Shown here: one piece after another, positions 23,743 through 34,260 of the stretch
Position numbering within the stretch: position 1 is the stretch's first letter
Layout: each line of letters opens with the position of its first letter
NCBI RefSeq assembly: GCF_964213995.1
Contig: NW_027590645.1
Location: 124,001-188,000 of the forward strand
DNA: 64,000 nt
Origin: Mustelus asterias
Taxonomy: Eukaryota
Direction of reading: 5' to 3'
The notes under the pieces: generated by a model
Databases searched by the model: none
Seen by the model: the letters and a program-made list of their open reading frames with translations, nothing else
What the model was told of the DNA's origin: nothing
Translations under genes and position numbers: made by a program

Positions 23743-23920
23743 TCTCAGAGGGTTATTGTAGATTAGAGATTGGGAGGGACAGGCCATGGAGGGACTTGAA
23801 AACAAGGATGCAAATGTTAAAATCAATGCGTTATCTGATGTGGACCCGGTGTAGTTCAGTGAGCACAGGATGTGATGGTGAACAGCACACGGGCAGCAGA
23901 GTTTTGTATAATCACAAATG

Positions 23921-24283
23921 TGGGGAGGTGATGACCCAGTGGTATTATCGTTAGACTATTAATCCAGAAACTCAGCTCATGTTCTGGGGACCCAGATTCA
24001 AATCCCACCACGGCAGATGGTGGAATTTGAATTCAATAAAGAAAATCTGGGATTCAGAATTTACTGATGACCATGAAACCATTGTCGATTATCAGAAAAA
24101 CCCATCTGTTCACTTATGTCCTTCAGGGAAGGAAATCTGCTGTCCTTACCTGGTCTGGCCTACATGTGGCTCCAGAGTCACAACAATGTGGTTGACCCTC
24201 AACTGCCCTCCAGGGGCAATTAGGGATGGAAAATTATTGCTGGGCAGCCAGCGATGCCCATGTTCCACAAATTAATAAAAAAG
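23921..24283 (+). mobile_element. Second tRNA-derived SINE family (copies also at 42765-43122, 47264-47583, 52321-52348 + 53901-54255)
   Basis: ggggaggtgatg…agtggta…ggttcaaatccc head; shared ccatgaaaccattgtcgat…agggaaggaaatctgc…tggcctacatgtg body; A-rich tail. Confidence 0.75.
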
Positions 24284-24289
24284 ACATGT

Positions 24290-25250
24290 TTCATGTGGGG
24301 GTGGGGTGAATGTGAGAGGCTGGTCAGGAATGGGTTGGAATGGTTGAGTTTAAAGGTAACACGGGCATGAATGAATGGTTTCAGCAGCAGATGAGCTGGG
24401 GTGTGGTGGGGTGGAGACAGGTGATGTTATGGAGATTGAAATATCTGACACGGAGATTGTGAAGAGTGTGGTTCAGCCTCAGACAGTTCACAGGAAGAGG
24501 GATGGACTCAGTAGTTAGGGAACGGAATTTGTAATAGTGACTGAAGACAATGATTTTGATCTTTCCAATTTTTAATTGGAGAAAATTTCTGTTCATCCAG
24601 GACTGGATATGGGATAAGCAGTTTGATAATTTAGTAACAGTGGAGGAATGGATAGGGATGGGGGTGAGGTAGAGCTGGGTGTTGTCAGTGTACATGGGAA
24701 AACTAACACCGTGCTTTTGGATAATGTCATGGAATGGCAGCATGTAGATGAGAAATAGGCAAGTCCAAGAATAGATCCTTGGGGGACACCAAGTTCAGTG
24801 GCTTTGGAGAGGAAAAGGAAGCTGAAGAGGAGGTCAAAGGTTGTTTTTTCAGAACGTGTGGTGACAATGAATTGAAAGGTGAGAAGGACAGAACCAGAAG
24901 AGAACAAGAACTATAAACAGTAGCGGTTAATATGGAGCAGGCGAATGGTCAGCAGCTTAGTGGGAATAAGGTCAGTAGAACATAAGGGGGGGTGTCATGG
25001 ACCAGCTGAGTTCTAACAGGGCATAAGAGAGAGTTGGGAGGGAAACTGGAGAAAGATGCGAGTTCCAGACTTGGTTAAGGACAGCTGGGCCCGGTGGGCT
25101 AGTGGAAGGGAGGGGAGCAGCAGGGGCAGCTGATCAGATTGTCTCAATCTTTGTGACAAAAAGCTCCTCTTGTTGTTGGAGGTGAGGATGGAGGAGACAG
25201 GGGAGGGGGTGAGAATTTCAAAAGGAACTAATTTGTAACAGCTATTAAAA
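24290..25250 (-). mobile_element. Decayed L2-clade LINE RT fragment
   Basis: LGVPQGSILG, YTDNTQLYL (YADDTQLY-like), CLSHIQSWMNRNFLQLKIGK. Confidence 0.8.
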
Positions 25251-25401
25251 AGATTCAGCACATGTACATTACACAAACTATTTTTTCAAAGCAAAAATAT
25301 TAGCCCCTGTGGGTTGGAGTTTAGAAATATGAGCAGAAACAGACCCCAATGAACACGGTTCAGTCCCGAATGTGATTAACAGCAAAATCCAGTCACTGTA
25401 G

Positions 25402-26294
25402 TTACACATGAAGTTGCTGGTGTCTCAGCAGGTAGGATGACCGAGTGAATCCTTTTCCACATTCGGAGCAGGTGAATGGTCTTTCCTTGGTGTGAGTGCG
25501 CTGGTGTACAGTGAGTTCAGATGACTGCCTGAACCCAGCCCCACAGCTGGAGCACCTGAACAGTCTCTCGTCAGAGTGAACTCGCTGATGGCCAATCAGA
25601 TCCCAGCGTCTTTTATAACACTTCCCACAGTCCAGACATTGGAAAGGTCTCTCATCAGAGTGAACTCGCTGATGGCACATCAGATCCTCAGAACCTTTAA
25701 AGCCCTTCCCACACTCCTGACATTTAAATGGTCTCTTGTCTGCGTGAACTCGCTGATGTCTCAACATGTTGGACGAATCAGTGAATCCTTTCCCACACTT
25801 GGGGCAGGTGAATGGTTTCTCCAAAGCGTGAATTCGCTGGTGCTTCAACAGGTTGGATAAATCATTGAATCCTTTCCCACACATAGTGTAGCTGAATGGC
25901 CTCTCCCCAGTGTGAACTCGCCGGTGTCTCAGCAGGCTGGATAAATCACTGAATCCCTTCCCACACTTCGAACAAGTGAAAGGTTTCTTCCCCAGTGTGA
26001 GTACGTTGATAAGTTTCCAGCTGAGATGGGTAACAAAATGACTCCTCACAATCCCTACGTTTCCATGGTTTCTTAGTGTGAACACGTTTATGTTGCGACA
26101 AGCCTGAGGATCGACTGAAGCCTCGTCCACACACAGGACAGGTGTACGGTTTCTCCCCACTCTGAACGGTGCTTTTTCCTTCCACGTTCAATACTCGATG
26201 ATATTCAGTTACAATAACTTGGACAACTTTGTCAGATCCTGATGTGATGTTTGGTTTCTTGTTTCCCAAATACAAAACTTCCCCTTTTAAAACC
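25402..26294 (-). pseudogene. ZNF pseudogene, second subfamily (~9 fingers), 1-bp insertion at ~25988
   Basis: Two overlapping ORFs (25946..26350 and 25402..26160) join at HTG/EKP; C>R, H>Y and C>Y losses; acceptor ttttatag| at 26295. Confidence 0.8.
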
Positions 26295-26699
26295 CTATAA
26301 AATTGATTTAAAAAAGAAAAAAATGTGAGAGAGAACCCACAAAAACACAAAGGCAGGTTGCGAAATTGCGCTGAATGAATCTGGTATTTTGTGGGGTCGG
26401 CACTAGGAAAGAGTGACTATGAAAGCTGCTGGATTGTCATAAAAACCCAACTGATTCACTAATGTCATTCAGGGAAGGGAAGCTGCCACCCGGTCTGGGG
26501 CTCCACAGACTCTGTCCTCTGTGAGGGGAGGAGAGTGGGAGAGGATTTGGGAGCAGAAACAGAGGAGAGGGATTTTATATTTGTACAAGTAAACCAGGAT
26601 TTTAATAGAATCTCCCAAGGCCAGGATATCCACACTAACTCCCTGTTGCACTTTGCTTGTCATCGTCAACAGTCCCTCGATTTGAGGATGACATCTATC

Positions 26700-27125
26700 A
26701 TCACAGAATCCCTACAGTGCAGAAGGAGGCCATTCGACCCATCGGGTCTACACCAACTCTCTGACAGAGTACTTTACCCAGGCCCTCTTGCCCAGCCTAT
26801 CCCCATAGCCTCACATATTTATCTTAACTAAGCCCCCTTATCTCCACATCTTGGGACATTAAGGGGAAATTTATCATGGTCAATCCACCTAACCTGAACA
26901 TCTTTGGACTGTGGGGGGAATTCGGAGCACCCGGAGGAAACCCATGTAGACACGAGGAGAACATGTAAATGTCACTGATTTTCACAGTAACTTCATTGCA
27001 GTGTTAATGTAAGCCTATTGTGGCACTAATAAATAAATTTAACTTAAGTCACCCAAGACTGGAATCAAACCCGGGTCCCTGGCGCTGTGAGGCAGTAATA
27101 CTAACCATTCTGCCACCGTGTCACC
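26700..27125 (-). mobile_element. HE1-like SINE (tail A) with an opposite-strand tail-B fragment nested at ~26975-27045
   Basis: SINE head at ~27120 and tail at ~26705, interrupted by attttcacagtaacttcattgcagtgttaatgtaagcc…aataaataaa. Confidence 0.75.
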
Positions 27126-27849
27126 CGTGTCTTCTTAGGGTTGTGAGTTTCTGCCATGGGTCTTCATGTGACTGCTGATCTATAAACACACAGCCCAAAG
27201 ATGTGCGGTTCGGTGGATTCGGCGTTCTGAATTGCCCCTTAGTGTTCAAAGATGTGCAGGTTAGGGGGATTGGTGGGGTATACGTGTGGGGTTACGGGGT
27301 TAGAGCAGGAGTAAGATGCTCTGTCGGAGAGTCGTTGCAAACTCGATAGGCCAAATGACCTCCTTCTACTCTGTAGGAATTCTATGAGACTCAGACATCC
27401 CATGAGGGAGTGGGACCCAGAGAGCAGGATTTGCTTCATTTTCTTTCCTTCTCTGCTACCGCTCTGTCTGATCAATAAGACATTGGGACTCAGAGGGTTG
27501 ATGCAGTTTGATGGACAGGGTGTCTCCATTCTGAACAATGGGGAACAAGCTCTGACCACTGACGCTCAGGAGCAGCAGTGTGTACTAGCTACAAGATGTA
27601 CTCCAGAAATTCACCTGAGCATCTCCCAAACCCACCTCCATCTAAAAGGACCAGGTTAGCTGAGACATGGGAACACCACCAGCTGCAAGCTCCTCTCCAA
27701 GTCACTCACCATCCTGACTTGGAAATATATCGCTGTTCCTTCGCATTCGCTGGGACAAAATCCTGCAATTCCCTCCTACCAGCAGGGTGGATGTACCTGC
27801 ACCACATGGACTGCAGTGGGTTCAGGTCCCATACATCACAAAGGTAGCC

Positions 27850-28560
27850 GCTTCGACCCTGCTGCCCCCAACAAACACGGTGTCCGTGCCTGCGCGCAAT
27901 TGCACATTGCCCCTTACAAAGATGCCGGCCGCACATGCGCACTGATGAACGTTGCCACCGACAGAATGGCGTCAGTCAGCCCAGGCCCAACACGACAAGT
28001 TGCGCCTCCAATTTGGTACCAACAGGGCGCCCGGGAAGTTATTTTCCGGGGTTTGGGTTTGAACAACATGTTTACGAAGCCTCTCCACCCACCCGCCACA
28101 TTCATCGCTCTCTGCGCGCCGCCCTTTACCTTGAACTGATCTCGGCTCCGAGTTAAAACCGACCGTCCGCCGCCATTACCCACACTGCGCATGCTTCAGC
28201 TCCCTCCCCCTGTTCACTCTGGTTGGAGGACCAGCCGCTCCCGCTCGGTCCTCCAGCCCCGCCCCCTTTTCCTATTGGTTCAGAGTCAATCAGTCCCCGA
28301 GCATTGTGACGTTGGGCATGCGCAGTGCGGCTCATGTCCAGGGACAGGCGCTTGTTTGTCTGATCTTCAGGCGGGAAGGAGGCGGATAAGCGGAGGCAGC
28401 GTTAGGGGCAGTGGGTGGGAGGGGAGGCTCCACACACCCAGTGGAGGCTTCAACACCCCCAATAAGGAACTAGCGGCACCGCCTCAACACCCAACACAAC
28501 GGCAGCTGCAGCACTTTCTCCCGGGGCCAGGCCCCAGTGGACAAATGTGGCTTCAGGAAG
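27850..28560. promoter_or_regulatory. Uninterrupted type-A bidirectional CpG promoter
   Basis: CpG island; tgcgcatgc (28187), ggttggaggaccagccgctcccgctcggtcctccagccccgcccc, cctattgg, gcatgcgcagtg; colinear with 13085-13294 + 16371-16500. Confidence 0.7.
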
Positions 28561-28609
28561 GAAATGCAGCAATGGGTTTGGTTTGATTTGATTTATTGTC
28601 ACATGTATT

Positions 28610-28975
28610 GAGATAATGGTTTACAGTTTACTTAACAAGAGTTTGAGGATTATCTGAAAGTAAATGGTATTGAGCATATAAAATCCGCATATCATCCATA
28701 AACCCATGGATTAGCTGAAAGATTTGAACAATTCTTGAAACATTCTTTAAAAGCTTCAAGAGAGCAAGGTTTGCTATCACATCATGTGAACATCTTTTTG
28801 TCCTCTTTTAGAAACACTACTTATGCGACTACCCAAAGTTCACCTGCATTACTACTCTTAAAGAGAAAGTTGAGGACTATGTTTATTATCTCGAGAAACT
28901 TCAGAAATTAGAGCGTCAACAGCAGTCCAAAATTGTGACGTGAAGGCAAAACTATGCTCATTTCAACAATGCTCA
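28610..28975 (+). mobile_element. Gypsy-type integrase remnant (continues at ~33344-33450)
   Basis: Translates KSAYHP*THGLAERFEQFLKHSLK…FRNTTYATTQSSPALLLLKRKLRT; after the CR1, KWIPAIVLAKTGP. Confidence 0.65.
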
Positions 28976-28983
28976 TTGTTCCA

Positions 28984-29072
28984 AGTGGGATAGCTTGATC
29001 TTGGTTTCAGATAAAGCTCGGCACAACATCGTGGGCCGAAGGGCCTGTTCTGTGCTGTACTGTTCTATGTTC
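28984..29072 (+). repeat. Copy of the last 89 bp of the adjacent CR1, placed at its 5' end
   Basis: Matches 33253-33341 with one mismatch and 53813-53900. Confidence 0.9.
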
Positions 29073-29449
29073 ACTGGAGCAAGCTGAGAGGGAGTGATTG
29101 GAGGCAGCAGTACTGGTGAGAGATTAATTGAATTGTTTATTTATTTCATTAGTCAGCTAGTGTGTGGTTTTTTTTGGCCTTTACTTTTGCAGTAGAATTT
29201 TAAGTTTAAAGTGAAAACTGGAAGTGGGCTGCTAAGGAGTCTGGGAAGGGTTTTTTAAGCGCGTGAAGTATAAAAGGTAGACTGCAGTATACAGCGGGCA
29301 GCGTCGGGAGCGGGCAGTGGAGTGAGTGGGAAGCAGAGTGTGAGCTATAAGGCTTTGGCTCACAGGGTTTAGGCAGAAAGGGCGAGCAGGGGTGAGTTTA
29401 AATTCACTTCTGCACTTTCTACCGGGTACTGGCAAGGTATCTAGAGGGG

Positions 29450-30373
29450 ATGGGTGTGCAGGCAGTGCTATGTTCCTCTTGCACTATGTTTGAGGTGAGG
29501 GACGACGACAGTGTCCCTGCTGATTACATCTGTGGGAAGTGCACCCATCTGCAGTTCCTCCAAAACCGTGTGAGGGAACTGGAGCTGGAGTTGGATGAAC
29601 TTAGGATCATTAGGGACGCAGAGGTGGCCATAGACAGAAGCTTTAGGAATACAGTTACTCCGAGGAATGAAAGCAGATGGGTGATGGTGAGAGGGGCTGG
29701 GAGGAAGCAGTCCGTGCAGGGATCCCCGGTGGTCGTTCCCCTTAGCAACAAGTATTCCGCTTTGGATACGGTTGAGGGGGATGACATAAGAGTGGTGAGC
29801 CGCAGTGAGAGGATCTCCAGCACTGTGTCCGTCTCTGTGGCTCGGGAGGGTAAGGGGCAGAGCGGGAGGGCAATAGTTATTGGGGACTCGTTAGTTAGAG
29901 GGATAGATAGGAGGTTCTGTGGCAGCAAAAGAGACTCACGGATGGTATGTTGCCTACCGGATGCCAAGGTCCGTGACGTCTCAGACCGTGTTTTCCGGAT
30001 TCTGAAGGGGGAGGAGAAACAGTCACAAGTCGTGGTACACATTGGTACCAATGACATAGGTAAGCGAAGGGACGGGGATTTAAAGCAGGAATTTCTGGAG
30101 CTGGGCTGGAAGCTGAGAGCCAAGACAAAACATGTGGTCATCTCTGGTACGTTGCCGGTGCCACGTGATAGCGAGTTGAGGAACAGGGAGAGAGTGCAGT
30201 TAAACATGTGGTTGCAGGGATGGTGTAGGAGGGAGGGTTTCAGATACGTGGATAATTGGAACACATTCTGGGGAAGGGGGGACCTGTACAAACAGGACGG
30301 GGTGCACCTGAACCAGAGGGGCACCATCCTAGGAGGGAAATTTGTTACGGCTCTTCAGGGGGGTTTAAACTAA
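29450..30373 (+). CDS. CR1 ORF1: Cys-rich zinc finger/leucine zipper plus SGNH-esterase domain
   Basis: CSSC…CGKC, LQNRVRELELELDEL, IVIGDSLVRG, HIGTND, DGVHLN. Confidence 0.9.
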   Translation: MGVQAVLCSSCTMFEVRDDDSVPADYICGKCTHLQFLQNRVRELELELDELRIIRDAEVAIDRSFRNTVTPRNESRWVMVRGAGRKQSVQGSPVVVPLSNKYSALDTVEGDDIRVVSRSERISSTVSVSVAREGKGQSGRAIVIGDSLVRGIDRRFCGSKRDSRMVCCLPDAKVRDVSDRVFRILKGEEKQSQVVVHIGTNDIGKRRDGDLKQEFLELGWKLRAKTKHVVISGTLPVPRDSELRNRERVQLNMWLQGWCRREGFRYVDNWNTFWGRGDLYKQDGVHLNQRGTILGGKFVTALQGGLN

Positions 30374-33267
30374 TTTGTCAGGGGAGTGGGAAAAGGAGTT
30401 GTAGTCCAGAAGTCAGTGAGGGTGGTGAGGTATTGAGGAAGGTATCAGGGTCAAGGGTGGGTACTGGTAGACAGGAAGGTGGGTTGAAGTGTGTCTACTT
30501 CAATGCAAGGAGCATCCGGAACAAGGTAGATGAACTTGGGGTGTGGATTGGTACTTGGGACTACGATGTTGTGGCCATTACGGAGACGTGGGTAGAACAA
30601 GGACAGGAATGGTTGTTGGATGTTCCGGGGTATAGATGTTTCACTAAGTGTAGGGAAGCTGGTAAAAGAGGTGGAGGAGTGGCATTGTTAATCAAGGATA
30701 GTTTAACGGCTGTGGAAAGGCACTTCGAGGGGGATCTGCACACTGAGGTAATATGGGCTGAGGTTAGAAATAGGAAAGGAGCGGTCACGTTGTTAGGAGT
30801 TTACTATAGGCCCCCAAATAGTAATAGAGATGTAGAGGAAGAAATTGCTAAGCAGATTATGGATATGTGTGGGGGTCACAGGGTAGTTGTCATGGGGGAC
30901 TTTAACTTTCCAAATATTGATTGGAACCTTTGTAGGTCAAATAGTTCGGATGGGGCAGTTTTTGTGCAGTGTGTGCAGGAGGGTTTCCTGACACAATATG
31001 TGGATAGGCCGACAAGAGGTGAGGCCACATTGGATTTGGTTCTGGGAAATGAACCAGGCCAAGTGTTAGATTTGGTTGTGGGAGAGCACTTTGGAGATAG
31101 TGACCACAATTCGGTGTCTTTTGTTATTGCAATGGAGAGGGATAGGGCCGTACGGCAGGGCAAGGTTTACAATTGGGGGAGAGGTAATTATGATGCGATT
31201 AGGCAAGAATTAGGGGGCATAAGTTGGGAACAGAAACTGTCAGAGAAAGGAACTAATGAAAAGTGGAACTTTTTCAAGGAACAAATACTGGATGTCCTTG
31301 ATAGGTATGTCCCTGTCAGGCAGGGAGGAAATGGCCGAGTGAGGGAACCATGGTTCACGAAAGAGGTGGAATGTCTTGTGAAAAGGAAGAGGGAAGCTTA
31401 TGTAGGGATGAGGAAACAAGGTTCAGATGGCTCGATTGAGGGTTACAAGTTAGCAAGGAATGAGCTGAAAAAGGGGCTGAGGAGAGCTAGGAGGGGACAC
31501 GAGAAGTCCTTGGCGGGTCGGATCAAGGAAAACCCCAAGGCTTTTTACTCTTATGTGAGGAATAAAAGAATGACCAGGGTGAGGTTAGGGCCGGTCAAGG
31601 ACAGTAGTGGGAACTTGTGTATGGAGTCAGTAGAGATAGGCGAGGTGATGAATGAATACTTTTCTTCAGTGTTCACCAAGGAGAGGGGCCATGTTTTTGA
31701 GGAAGAGAAGGTGTTACAGGCTAATAGGCTGGAGGAAATAGATGTTCGGAGGGAGGATGTCCTGGCAGTTTTGAATAAACTGAAGGTCGATAAGTCCCCT
31801 GGGCCTGATGAAATGTATCCTAGGATTCTTTGGGAGGCAAGGGATGAGATTGCAGAGCCTTTGGCTTTGATCTTTGGGTCCTCGCTGTCCACGGGGATGG
31901 TGCCAGAAGACTGGAGAATGGCGAATGTTGTTCCTCTGTTTAAGAAAGGGAATAGAAATGACCCTGGTAATTATAGACCGGTTAGTCTTACTTCGGTGGT
32001 TGGTAAATTGATGGAAAAGGTCCTTGGAGATGGGATTTACGACCATTTAGAAAGATGCGGATTAATCCGGGATAGTCAGCACGGATTCGTGAAGGGCAAG
32101 TCATGCCTCACAAATTTGATAGAATTTTTTGAGGAGGTAACCAAGTGTGTTGATGAAGGTAGGACAGTTGATGTCATATACATGGATTTTAGTAAGGCGT
32201 TTGATAAGGTCCCCCATGGTCGGCTTATGATGAAAGTGAGGAGGTGTGGGATAGAGGGAAAGTTGGCCGATTGGATAGGTAACTGGCTGTCTGATCGAAG
32301 ACAGAGGGTGGTGGTCGATGGAAAATTTTCGGATTGGAGGCAGGTTGCTAGCGGAGTGCCGCAGGGATCAGTGCTTGGTCCTCTGCTCTTTGTGATTTTT
32401 ATTAATGACTTAGAGGAGGGGGCTGAAGGGTGGATCAGTAAATTTGCTGATGACACCAAGATTGGTGGGGTAGTGGATGAGGTGGAGGGCTGTTGCAGGC
32501 TGCAAAGAGACATAGATAGGATGCAAAGCTGGGCTGAAAAATGGCAAATGGAGTTTAACCCTGATAAATGTGAGGTGATTCATTTTGGTAGGACTAATTT
32601 AAATGTGGATTACAGGGTCAAAGGTAGGGTTCTGAAGACTGTGGAGGAACAGCGAGACCTTGGGGTCCATATCCACAGATCTCTAAAGGTTGCCACTCAA
32701 GTGGATAGAGCTGTGAAGAAGGCCTATAGTGTGTTAGCTTTTATTAACAGGGGGTTGGAGTTTAAGAGCCGTGGGGTTATGCTACAACTCTACAGGCCCT
32801 TGGTGAGACCACATTTGGAATATTGCGTGCAGTTCTGGTCACCTCACTATAGGAAGGATGTGGAAGCGCTGGAAAGAGTGCAGAGGAGATTTACCAGGAT
32901 GCTGCCTGGTTTGGAGGGTAGGTCTTATGAGGAAAGGTTGATGGAGCTAGGGCTGTTCTCTCTGGAGCGGAGGAGGCTGAGGGGAGACTTAATAGAGGTT
33001 TATAAAATGATGAAGGGGATAGATAGAGTGAACGTTCAAAGACTATTTCCTCGGGCGGATGGAACTATTACAAGGGGGCATAACTATAGGGTTCGTGGTG
33101 GGAGATACTGGAAGGATATCAGAGGTAGGTTCTTTACGCAGAGAGTGGTTGGGGTGTGGAATGGACTGCCTGCAATGATAGTGGAGTCAGACACTTTAGG
33201 AACATTTAAGCGGTTATTGGATAGGCACATGGAGCACACCAGGATGATAGGGAGTGGGATAGCTTGA
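30364..33267 (+). CDS. CR1 ORF2 (endonuclease + RT), -1 frame to ORF1, no AUG before the endonuclease
   Basis: Same frame as ORF-track 30256..33267 (which uses a non-ATG start); NARS, ITETW, GDFN, SDHN, FADD motifs; first Met is inside the EN domain (KQIMDM). Confidence 0.88.
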   Translation, partial: FKLICQGSGKRSCSPEVSEGGEVLRKVSGSRVGTGRQEGGLKCVYFNARSIRNKVDELGVWIGTWDYDVVAITETWVEQGQEWLLDVPGYRCFTKCREAGKRGGGVALLIKDSLTAVERHFEGDLHTEVIWAEVRNRKGAVTLLGVYYRPPNSNRDVEEEIAKQIMDMCGGHRVVVMGDFNFPNIDWNLCRSNSSDGAVFVQCVQEGFLTQYVDRPTRGEATLDLVLGNEPGQVLDLVVGEHFGDSDHNSVSFVIAMERDRAVRQGKVYNWGRGNYDAIRQELGGISWEQKLSEKGTNEKWNFFKEQILDVLDRYVPVRQGGNGRVREPWFTKEVECLVKRKREAYVGMRKQGSDGSIEGYKLARNELKKGLRRARRGHEKSLAGRIKENPKAFYSYVRNKRMTRVRLGPVKDSSGNLCMESVEIGEVMNEYFSSVFTKERGHVFEEEKVLQANRLEEIDVRREDVLAVLNKLKVDKSPGPDEMYPRILWEARDEIAEPLALIFGSSLSTGMVPEDWRMANVVPLFKKGNRNDPGNYRPVSLTSVVGKLMEKVLGDGIYDHLERCGLIRDSQHGFVKGKSCLTNLIEFFEEVTKCVDEGRTVDVIYMDFSKAFDKVPHGRLMMKVRRCGIEGKLADWIGNWLSDRRQRVVVDGKFSDWRQVASGVPQGSVLGPLLFVIFINDLEEGAEGWISKFADDTKIGGVVDEVEGCCRLQRDIDRMQSWAEKWQMEFNPDKCEVIHFGRTNLNVDYRVKGRVLKTVEEQRDLGVHIHRSLKVATQVDRAVKKAYSVLAFINRGLEFKSRGVMLQLYRPLVRPHLEYCVQFWSPHYRKDVEALERVQRRFTRMLPGLEGRSYEERLMELGLFSLERRRLRGDLIEVYKMMKGIDRVNVQRLFPRADGTITRGHNYRVRGGRYWKDIRGRFFTQRVVGVWNGLPAMIVESDTLGTFKRLLDRHMEHTRMIGSGIA

Positions 33268-34049
33268 TCTTGGTTTCAGATAAAGCTCGGCACAACATCA
33301 TGGGCCGAAGGGCCTGTTCTGTGCTGTACTGTTCTATGTTCTAAGGAGATTGTTGAGCATGTAATTCTGTGACAAGTGAGAAATGGATACCAGCCATTGT
33401 TTTAGCAAAAACAGGACCTGAAATGGAGAGTTGAGCAAAGACAGCAGGATTGGAAAATGGTGATAGTTACAATGGTGTTTGTTCAGTTAGTCTCGTACCC
33501 ACATTTAAAGGAGAAAACACAATGTGACATATTTGACACACAGCAGTGGAGGTTTTATGTGGGGCACAAATGCCCAGGAAATCTCAACCTCAAGTAACCA
33601 ATTTTAAATGATTAATTCTAGTTTGGTTTACACACAATCTACGTATGTCACCTCAATATGATTTTATACTGAATTCTGGGGCTTACGTTCATCACATGAC
33701 TTGAACTTAGCACCACACTTAAATTGACAAGGGAGAAAGAACACATGGCCTTAAGGCAGCAATACGAGATGTCAAGGTTAAACAATTACTGGTACAAACT
33801 GTCTACCTTCCTCACAATTAAAATGATCAGTTCTGTTCTCGAAATTCAAAGTCTGTTGTATTACGTAATACAAATATTAAAATGTTCAGCCTTGTGCATT
33901 AAATTTAGTGCAGTTTAACTTCTGATGTTCAAGAAAAGTCACTTTATTTCACACTGCAACCATCTTTAATGTAGTAAGTTTAGAATGAAATTCTGTAATT
34001 AGCTTTTGTAACTCTTTAGTTTCTTTAATTTTTAATAAAAAGTGAAGTA

Positions 34050-34260
34050 AAATTGCTGTCGTCCCAGATGAGGCTGCTATGCCCCTTGAGGGGTATGCTG
34101 ACTGGTGGTGATTTAACCTGAGGATCACCACACCCCAGGTGAGGGACACCATTGAGAAGGCGGGGCCTTTATGAATAACCTGAGCTGATATGGGAATTGA
34201 ACCTGCGCTGTTGCCGTTTCTCTGCATCACAAACCAGCTGTCCAGCCAACTGAAATAGCT
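34050..34260 (-). mobile_element. Third tRNA-derived SINE-like element
   Basis: Minus strand cagttggctggacagctgg…caggttcaattccc (A/B-box-like head). Confidence 0.5.

Larger units (their letters stand above)
29073..33343 (+). mobile_element. Full-length CR1 LINE (5' UTR, ORF1, ORF2, 3' tail)
   Basis: Both ORFs open; 3' tail tgttctatgttcta. Confidence 0.95.
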
